Origin: Paraphysomonas bandaiensis
Lineage: Eukaryota > Protista > Chrysophyceae
Direction of reading: 5' to 3'
NCBI GenBank assembly: GCA_965644295.1
Contig: CBFFRP010000038.1
Coordinates: 1 to 7,992 of the forward strand
DNA length: 7,992 nucleotides
Shown here piece after piece: positions 1-7,453 of this stretch (its first letter is position 1; every line of letters begins with the position of its first letter). A program made the position numbers and the translations under genes. The notes below the pieces were generated by a model, which searched no databases, was not told the origin of the DNA, and saw only the letters and a program-made list of their open reading frames with translations.

Positions 1-1472
1 GACTGGAGAATGCAAGCACAGAAGCCATAAGAAATCAATGCACGGAGGCTTTAAAGATACTCTTCTTGGAGTATTTTCAATTGCGATCAAAGGTAAGTCT
101 ATTACATTGTGGAATCTATCGTAATTGGAGCTCCAGGACTGTCAAGTGTTAGTAGTTGAAAACTTGTTCGCGTGCAGTGTCCTTAGGGAACAATTGTTTC
201 ACGTTTTACTGCAAGATATGCAGGTACGAGTACTAAATATATATGTATTCATATCTAATGTTGATAAGGTCCAAATGGTTTCATTTCAGCCAGATATGAT
301 GATGTCGATGCTCTCTACGGGATGCAGGTGCGACATGATTTAACCTGCTCTGTATTTTCATGGTGGATTAATATTATTGGTATCAGTTCGGGGATAGTAC
401 TAGATATTAGTAGTTCCGAATGTCGAGCACTTGCCATTGCTCACGGGCGACCTTTATTATCAACATTCACTCTGGTGAGTTTTTTACTTGTCTCCTCAAT
501 ACGACATAGTGACTTAATGGTACTTGGCAGCCACGGCATCTGGTGTGAATGATGCGTGCAGAAGGTTTCGCACGCTTTTGTCACAGTGCTGGGGAGAAGA
601 GGTCGGGGAGAATTTGGAAGAGGCATATGTACGGGATCTTTTTGAACGAGTTGCTGTGGCATTACCGGAGGGAGAGCAGGCTAGTGATGTGCTGTTAGAG
701 AGTCATCAGCATCGCCCAGGTTGTAGCGACGGGGCAGTCCCTGGTTGGGTGAGACACCAGTGTTTGGACACACTCATCAGAGGATGTGATTCACAAGATG
801 GAGGTATGTTTGTTATCAGCAGGTATGCCTCAAAACATAATTCTGTCTTTGTAGAGTCTCGCGACGAAGCTGGGGGAGCAGTTGGAGTTGTGCTGGCCTG
901 TCTACTCAAATGCGGAGTGGATCTTCGCAGAGCACTACTGCGCAATTTGGTCATATGTGGAGGTGGAGCGGGAATTCCAGGTTTATTTTTGCATGTTTTC
1001 GTACACTTTATTGATTTGATGACGATTTACAGGTGTCGCCGATGCAGTATGGGCGGGGGTGGTTACCTCGATAAGCTGTAGTTCCGAAGACCAACCAAGT
1101 CCGTCACGTTACAGTGAGCTTCGTCATTTGATTGTCACCTCCTCTTCCCCAAATCTTCCGGCTAGTCCATTCGACAGAACATCCCTTGCCTGGATTGGTG
1201 GCTCTCTTTTCGCCTCCATTAAAATACCGAATGTTACAACACTGGTCTCTCAAACATCTAGTCGTCAGCTATGTAACCGGAGTCGATATATCTCAAGGGA
1301 TGAGTATATTCAGCGGGCCGCGAATGCGCGGGTACCTGACTGGACTTGCACCGATAACTCGGAGTGGAACTGGAGATTTTTTGGTGCGACAGCATCATAT
1401 CAAGCACCAGTACAGTCAAGTACCCCCAGTTCTGGAGCTGGTTCGAGTGGAGCTCTAAGAACACGAAACTAG
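1..1472 (+). CDS. ACTR10: Actin-related protein 10 (dynactin Arp10/Arp11 family), 5'-partial, multi-exon; possibly disrupted
   Basis: Exons <1-92, 137-223, 269-327, 387-474 (or 478), 531-803, 855-980, 1033-1472. Introns 93-136, 224-268, 328-386, 475/479-530, 804-854, 981-1032. The spliced peptide has actin-fold motifs: VLVVENLF, GIVLDISSSECRALAIAHGRP, LLKCGVDLRRALLRNLVICGGGAGIPG and AWIGGSLFAS. It also has ISRDEY...RVPDW, where the C-terminal PDW is typical of Arp10. One junction (475-530) is out of phase if the consensus donor is used. Confidence 0.85.
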
Positions 1473-1804
1473 CAAATTTGTACATAGCTATAGACGTTCA
1501 TGGGGTATTGTGTTGCTTATTGTGTATTAAACACTTTCCAATTGTGGGAGTATTGCATTCTTTTAACTTATAAATGGAATGAGAGTATACTCAAAGCTAA
1601 ATCTTTCAAACTAAAAGCTTTCGACAGCTCAAGAGAAAATATGGCAGCATTCTTATTTTCACTACTAGTATATCTGCATATCTGATTGTACACTTAGAAC
1701 AACATTATATCCTAAAAATACAATTTAAGACGTGTACATGTATCAAGTCGTTAGCAGTTTTCTATGTAAGCTGTGTCATATGACGTAATTCATTCGTAAA
1801 ATGA

Positions 1805-2276
1805 TCATCCGACTCTGGGTGCCCTTGTTATTTTGTTATTCTTGTCGAAGAAAAGGCGAACTCTATTCATCCTAATCTCTTTCGTCATACGAGTAGATCC
1901 CTGTGACACCGTATGAAACATCATACTACATGAAATAATGAAATAAAGATATACCTCATGAACAGGAATAATTTTAAGATCCGGTCTTTCCTGAGCAATA
2001 ATTTCTTTTGCCTCTTCTAAATCGTACCCTGTGTTGGGAGTCATTACGCGTAACTATTTACCTAGAAGTTTAAAGAAACCTTTCAAACCCGGCCAGTGAC
2101 TCGTTTTTGATATCTCATGCCCAGTGGCTTGAGACCCATCTCCAGTCTCTGCGATACATGTTATATTTATTTAGTTGTAGATAGGACCGACCTTCTATAT
2201 CAATCCCTGTTGACATACTTGACAACGCCGTAGCAAATATGGAAAGTACGATGATAATCACGGGTGAGAGTTTCAT
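1805..2276 (-). CDS. Secreted serine protease inhibitor, potato inhibitor I family (MEROPS I13), 107 aa
   Basis: Exons 2276-2192, 2148-2080, 2028-1955 and 1900-1805 are all phase-compatible, with GT-AG introns of 43, 51 and 54 nt. Peptide: MKLSPVIIIVLSIFATALSS (signal-peptide-like), then KTSHWPGLKGYDLEEAKEIIAQERPDLKIIPVHEGSTRMTKEIRMNRVRLFFDKNNKITRAPRVG*. This matches the family hallmarks WPELVG, RVRLF.D and the terminal PRVG. Confidence 0.92.
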
Positions 2277-2613
2277 GTATATTGCATACTATCCTCTTTT
2301 GTGGTGAGATATTTGTGTAATTGTCGTATTGACAGTCCTATCTGTGAATATATGACAGTGCTGCAATCTATCTGGAGAACATTCTGCCCGCGGGGGAGAT
2401 CAACAATAACAATAATGAAACGGGCTACGGGCTACGGGCTACGACGGTATACAGATATATATGTACCCTACAGGAATTCGAATTGGCTTCAATCAACACC
2501 TCGGCTCTCCGCTTGTGAAGTACAGCAATTGAATTCACTTCTTCTTCTAGATATACTAACTGTAAGCTCGCCCCTCATAGAGTGCCGGATATATCCGCAT
2601 ATTGATGCCAAAA
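2277..2613. promoter_or_regulatory. Probable bidirectional promoter region between the divergent inhibitor and GH30 genes
   Basis: There are 337 bp between the ATG at 2276 (-) and the ATG at 2614 (+). The call is positional; no specific element is identified. Confidence 0.5.
2420..2443. repeat. Tandem repeat (ACGGGCT)x3 plus ACG
   Basis: ACGGGCT occurs at 2420, 2427 and 2434, followed by ACG. Confidence 0.9.
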
Positions 2614-5142
2614 ATGATGAGCATAAACTATGAGCGAATTCCAGAGAGTGATTTAGCTGAAAACGAGAGCAGTCATGTATCTGTAAGCGACAGGCCTTAC
2701 TTCTTTAATAAAAACATCAGAAAGATAGTAGCAGGTGTATTCATAAGTGTTTATATAAGAGATGTGTGCTGATGTGTGAGTGAGTGTAGTGTTCATATGC
2801 CTCTTCATTGCCTCTGGAGTGCTGTTCTCCTGGTACATGCACGAGAGGGATCATAATGCTCAGCTGGAGAGTGGCGTATCGATATACCAAACGTCGAAGG
2901 GACATGGAGATCGGCTTCAACTCATGCATGCATCAGATTTTAAGGAGCGTGGGCTATATCTTGATGAGTTTCATTTCCGTCCTGGATCGAATAGGGTAAG
3001 GGTATCGTCGAACGCAAATGGTATTCCTGCCGGAAAAGTTTCAGTCGATACCAAAACAACTTTTCAGGTGAAATCTTAGCTGGAAGTATAGCTGCCTTGT
3101 AATTATTATACGTAGTACATTATTGGGTTCGGCGGGGCATTTACAGAAGCCGCTGCACATAACTTTTTCAAGCTGCCCAGTGATGTCCGAGACGAATTCC
3201 TTGAGCTATACTTCGGTGAGAGCGGTATTGGTTTCAGTATGGGAAGGCTACATATCAATTCCTGTGATTTCTCTCTTGCATCGTATTCATTTGACGATGT
3301 AGACGGGGACTATAAGGTGAGTGGGTGATATGGCCCGTGTAATTCTGTAAATACGTGTATTCAGCTCAAGCATTTTGATCACGAAGTGTCCCACGATAAG
3401 GTGGAAATTATTCCTCTAATACTCGCTGCTATGGAGAAGTCCAGACACAAAATAAACCTTGTTGCATCACCGTGGTCCCCGCCTGCCTGGATGAAGGTCC
3501 CTCGCAGTGTTTCATCCTCTGTTAGCAAGGTGCATTGTATATTTGGTTGTTACCACATCCTCATATTGGACGCGCAGATAACACATCATAGCGATGATTC
3601 TGGCAAGATTGTTGATGATCTGGAACAGTCGAGTAAGGTGGAAGAAGTGTCCCTTATGGTTGGCAGCAGTACACCAAACGGTCTACGGGATGATCCAAAA
3701 ACGATGCAGGCATGGGCGCTGTATATATCCCTGTTTTTATCTGCCTATGAAGCAGCAGGGGTTGATGTTTGGGCAATCACGCCACAAAATGAGCCAGAAT
3801 TTGCAGCTCCATGGGAGGCTTGTACATACAATGCAAGTTTTGAAAGTAAATTCGTGGAGGGATTCCTGGGCCCACAGTTGCGCGCGGATCACCCAGAGAT
3901 AAAGATCCTTGCTTTTGACCACAACAAAGATCACTTACTAGACTGGGCACAAGAGATGCTATTCCCGGAGGATATTGATACACTGAGCGAGTATGTAGAT
4001 GGGATGGCGTTTCATTGGTACGGTGGCACCGGGGATAGGCTGTTAGATGGGACTTATGGTTATGACACCGTAAATGCGACACATTTCCTCGCTCCAGACA
4101 AAATTCTCCTAGCAACAGAGGGCTGTAGTTGCCCTGGGGTAAAAATGGGCGATTGGCTAAGAGCGGAACGCATAGGCCATGATATACTGTATGATCTTAA
4201 TAGCTACGCTCAAGGCTGGGTGGACTGGAATTTGCTTGTCGACCATCAGGGCGGACCCAACCACTTAAACAACCTTTGTGATGCTCCTGTCATTGCCTCG
4301 TCTAACTTCACTCACCTTCATCTGCAGCCAGAGTATTTTTACATGGGACATGTGTCCAAGTTTGTAGTCCCTGGATCTATACGGGTAACATCTGATGCTG
4401 TGTGAGGGTTTGACTTCGCCATGGTTCACCCCGATGTCCACTCTGGCGTTGAGCTAGGTGCGCTCCTAAATATATATAATTTGTACTATTATGTGATGTT
4501 CAATGTGTTGCAGGGGTTTTTCCATGTGAACAGTCCGCACGTCAGATGTGGAATTGGGTTCCCTCTGGAGATTCTGAGTTTGGACGTATACGGCTTGCGG
4601 TCAGTGTAGGTGAGCTGGTGGAGAGTGGGAATGGAAACGCAAGTCAGGGTGTGTTTCTCTGTGCCAGTCGTGGAGATGAAAATCGAAACTTTCTCCGTGC
4701 ATGGGAATGTCGCCCTGAGGCAGCTACGGAAGAGAACGATGAGCGTGTGGCAAGAGATTTAGTATTGAAGATGCACAAGGTGAAAGGGACTGGTATGGTA
4801 CAGTTGGTGGACAGTAATAATTCGGAGTGTGTGTCTCTGGCGTACGGGTCCACAGAGTCGGGTGCCATTTTGGAGATGAAGCGTTGCTTAGATAATGATA
4901 TACTACAGCTATGGACCTTTGATGAAAGTCACGGCGAGCTTACCTCCGGAGCTAATGGAATGTGTGTCACCGCTGGGTGGCCATACCTGTCCTCCAGCGC
5001 ATTTTTGACTCCTGAAGGTCGAACCGTCGTGGTAGTCATGAATGAAGCGCCGGTTGATAGTTTTGTTGATATTTCTGATAGTGTTAGTGGAAGTATGCGG
5101 ACCGCCATCAATGCCCACTCAATTCAAACTATTATTTATTAA
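2614..5142 (+). CDS. GBA: GH30 (GH30_1-like) glucosylceramidase with N-terminal transmembrane anchor and inserted ricin-B-like domain; interrupted by one in-frame TGA (4403-4405), so possibly a pseudogene
   Basis: Exons 2614-2734, 2790-3067, 3116-3316, 3365-3529, 3578-4457 and 4514-5142 total 757 codons before the TAA at 5140-5142. Introns are 55, 48, 48, 48 and 56 nt, all GT-AG and in phase. Motifs: FQYIIGFGGAFTEAA, GRLHINSCDFS, ASPWSPPAWMK, ITPQNEP (acid/base Glu), FHWY, LLATEGC (nucleophile Glu), GWVDWNLLVDHQGGPNH, YMGHVSKFVVPGS and the C-terminal AFLTPEGRTVVVVMN...AHSIQT. Confidence 0.93.
4445..4980 (+). other. Ricin-B-like (beta-trefoil) lectin domain inserted in the GH30 C-terminal beta-sandwich
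   Basis: The spliced peptide has repeated Cys and QxW units: GVELGVFPCEQSARQMW, FLCASRG...LRAWEC, ECVSLAYGSTESGAILEMKRCLDNDILQLWTFD and GELTSGANGMCVTAG. GH30 C-terminal motifs flank it on both sides. Boundaries are approximate. Confidence 0.75.
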
Positions 5143-5641
5143 TTTAGTACATTTCATGTTAAGTTTATAATAAGGTGTGAATGGACCGCTGGAAGTCATT
5201 CCATTAATAGAAGGAATGCATATTCCTCGCCGAATTCTTTAAATGGAAACATAGAATTATAGCTAAGTGCTCACTCATACCGAGTTGTTAGCATAGTTTG
5301 ATATAGAAGTTATTAAGCCGTGCTTTTTCAGTCAATATGTAAACAAGACTTCTATTACAACTCTACGCTTACGATGCGCAAGAATTCTAGCTAGTACCTA
5401 CTAGTGACCTAGTGCAACATAGTTTTGATCGAAAAATGTAGTAGTGAGGTGTTGTAACGAATAGCGTTATGCATATGACTAATAGCTTAAAATGTATAAT
5501 ACTTGTTATATATGTATATTCAGTGACTTTTATTGCTGTAAAACTGAAGTACAGTGTTAGTTATTGCGCATATTTATAATTTATACCCTTTACCCTTTAC
5601 CGACCATCAGAAAAAAAGTCACCAGGATTTATACGTTTCAG

Positions 5642-6059
5642 GAGATTTTGGTATCACCCCGACTTAATCCTTTGTGTGATGATACCCTTATCAAAGGCGA
5701 ACTCGCACCTCTTCGTGGTGTTCTGGGGGATCAGTACATGAGATAGTCTTTGGGAAACAAATGTGTGTCACAAACATAGTCAGCAGATATTGTTCTGTCC
5801 ACTCACAGCCAAATGCTCGTCTTTGGGCCTTGACGAATAAACAGACATCTGGGAATGGGCCTACCTCAAGGACGCCCAGAGTATTAAGCTGCCTGCTAAA
5901 GTCAAGCATTCGGGCTGTTCACCTTAAAGATTTCAAAATCCTGAAGTTAGCAGATGTCAGGTATATCACTATTCTTCTTGCTCACTGCGTTTGCATTGCG
6001 AAAGCGGTGACGCACAAGCGCTAAATAGTAGGATATCAGAGTTAAGCATTGACTCTTAA
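5642..6059 (+). pseudogene. Decayed protein-coding remnant of unknown family
   Basis: There is an acceptor-like TTTCAG ending at 5641. A 46-nt GT..CAG intron candidate (5763-5808) joins two frames in matching phase 1. The joined frame looks protein-like (EILVSPRLNPLCDDTLIKGELAPLRGVLGDQYMR*SLGNKSKCSSLGLDE*TDIWEWAYLKDAQSIKLPAKVKHSGCSP*...ALNSRISELSIDS*) but has three internal stops. I do not recognise the family. Confidence 0.4.
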
Positions 6060-6229
6060 AATCGTATTCCTAATAACAAGACATTCACTACTAGTAATAT
6101 TGCATAAATTACGTATTAATGAAATTAGTTTGTAGAACAATGACATGGAAATAAGGAGAATGTGGTTTCTCGCACTAAGTATACATGTAATAGCTAAAAT
6201 ATACCTACCTCGTTACAATCATGCTATAG

Positions 6230-6743
6230 CTACTTATGTGTCAGTGCTTTTCTACTAGCCAATACTATATAACATTCAGGAGATAACTCAGAATCACAGT
6301 AACGTCTCTGCACAGCATGTAGGCCCATATTCTTGAGATGCTCTACTCTTCCTTGGTCTAATATACGCTTTATCATCTTCCCGATTTCACTCATCTCAGA
6401 ATAGCTAATATCCGGGCGTGGGATTGACCTACCCTCAGTAACATTTGTCGAGTGCTCCACTTCGTGTTCACCATCAGGCTCATCACTAGATTCTTGCTGC
6501 TTTGCGTCCTTAGGCTGCGGGAGCCGAAGACCTGCCTTAATCGTGTGCGCCCACCCTGACCAGTGGCGCATTAAGTCGAAGTCATCAGAAGTGAATCCCT
6601 GGTCTTTGAGCCAGTCTACTGCAACATAGTCCTCCCAAGAGCAAGCGTGGTGGCAGCATGTTGCGAGAGCGACCCCTTGCACATCCTCGGGAAGAGATCC
6701 GTCATCAGCCACTGGGAAGCATGACAGGCTCCGTAATGTGATA
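6230..6743 (-). pseudogene. TRM13: tRNA:m4X 2'-O-methyltransferase TRM13, C-terminal fragment (5'-truncated)
   Basis: The peptide ITLRSLSCF...GVALATCCHHACSWEDYV...FDLMRHWSGWA...IGKMIKRILDQGRVEHL...YCDSELSPEC matches the TRM13 C-terminal motifs (CCHHxC, SSWA, KxLIDxGR, SPEN-like). The KHLCGxATD motif expected just upstream is missing and is replaced by the antisense strand of the transporter exon. The frame hits TAG at 6829-6827. Confidence 0.85.
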
Positions 6744-6744
6744 A

Positions 6745-7453
6745 TCTCACGGGCATGACCATGGGCATAGTACTCATGACCAATCTGAGCGGGATGCCCT
6801 TCTACGTTCTCCTCCAGGATATGGTACTACTGTAGCGGATCAGTCACAGTACAATCACCACGGCAACCACCCAAGTGCAGCCGAACCAACCGACGTGAAT
6901 ATCCAGGCTGCATATCTTCACGTGATTACGGACCTCATCCAGAGTGTAGGTGTCGCTATTGCCGGACTTCTGATATGGATGTATCCCGAATATCAAATAC
7001 TGGACCCGATTTGTACATTCCTTTTCTCAGCATTGGTCTTGTATTCGACTTTCTCCCTTTTGGGCCGCGTGATGACAATTCTATTCGAAGGGGTCCCTGC
7101 TCATGTAAGAGTAGCTTTTTATGCATATGAGTTTGATATCTTTGGTAGGTTGATTATATGGCTGTTCTTGAGGCTCTTCAGGCTATCCCAGGGGTAGAAG
7201 ATGTACACGATCTCCACATATGGTCCATCTCTTCCCAGGCTACTTCCCTAACTTGTCACATTATGGTATGTAGTGATGTCGTTCTTCTCGCCTCTGTTGC
7301 TGATATACTACACAGGCGCAGGATCCTCAGAAAGCACTCGCAGAGGCACATTCAATTTGTACCCGCATGGGTATTCATCACTCCACTATTCAAGTACAGG
7401 ACTCTTCTAACCCCTCAATTTGCTGTCAGAACCCTCAGAGTCAGTGCATGTAG
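6745..7453 (+). pseudogene. Cation diffusion facilitator (ZnT/SLC30, MTP1-like) zinc transporter, C-terminal fragment (5'-truncated)
   Basis: Exons 6745-7104, 7149-7265 and 7316-7453; introns 7105-7148 (44 nt) and 7266-7315 (50 nt). It encodes the His-rich loop (SHGHDHGHSTH), TM5 NIQAAYLHVITD (HxxxD), TM6 DPICTFLFS, EGVP, VHDLHIWSIS and HSTIQV, and stops at TAG 7451-7453. In-frame TGA TAA (6739-6744) lies directly upstream with no acceptor AG. TM1-4 are not seen in the window. Confidence 0.88.

Noticed and set aside
1224-1268. U12-type (AT-AC) intron
   Set aside because: It lacks the ATATCCTT donor and TCCTTAAC branch consensus, and it ends in AG.
2301-2633. 110-aa ORF in the divergent intergenic region
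   Set aside because: It has a GTG start and no recognisable motif, spans a tandem repeat, and overlaps the true GH30 start out of frame.
4406-4448. Possible readthrough pseudoknot (GGGT/ACCC and CGCCA/TGGCG) after the TGA
   Set aside because: The stems are only 4-5 bp, the first abuts the stop with no spacer, and the context is not the UGA-CUAG motif. It cannot be told apart from chance.
441-5118. Short antisense or alternative-frame ORFs (e.g. 441-662, 706-954, 1132-1458, 3594-3902, 3777-4115, 4644-4868)
   Set aside because: These are shadows of the Arp10 and GH30 exons with no independent motif support.
5177-5208. SECIS-like hairpin in the GH30 3' UTR (GTGA-ATGGA...AA...TCCAT) that could recode the TGA as selenocysteine
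   Set aside because: The 3' side lacks the GA of the quartet, the upper helix is too short, and the TGA is not at a recognisable Cys or catalytic position.
5387-5412. Four CTAG tetramers, suggesting a Helitron 3' end that might explain the gene fragments
   Set aside because: There is no GC-rich subterminal hairpin, no definable opposite end, and no Rep/helicase sequence.
5586-5601. (CCCTTTA)x2 as an interstitial telomeric repeat
   Set aside because: It has only two copies and does not match CCCTAA or CCCTAAA.
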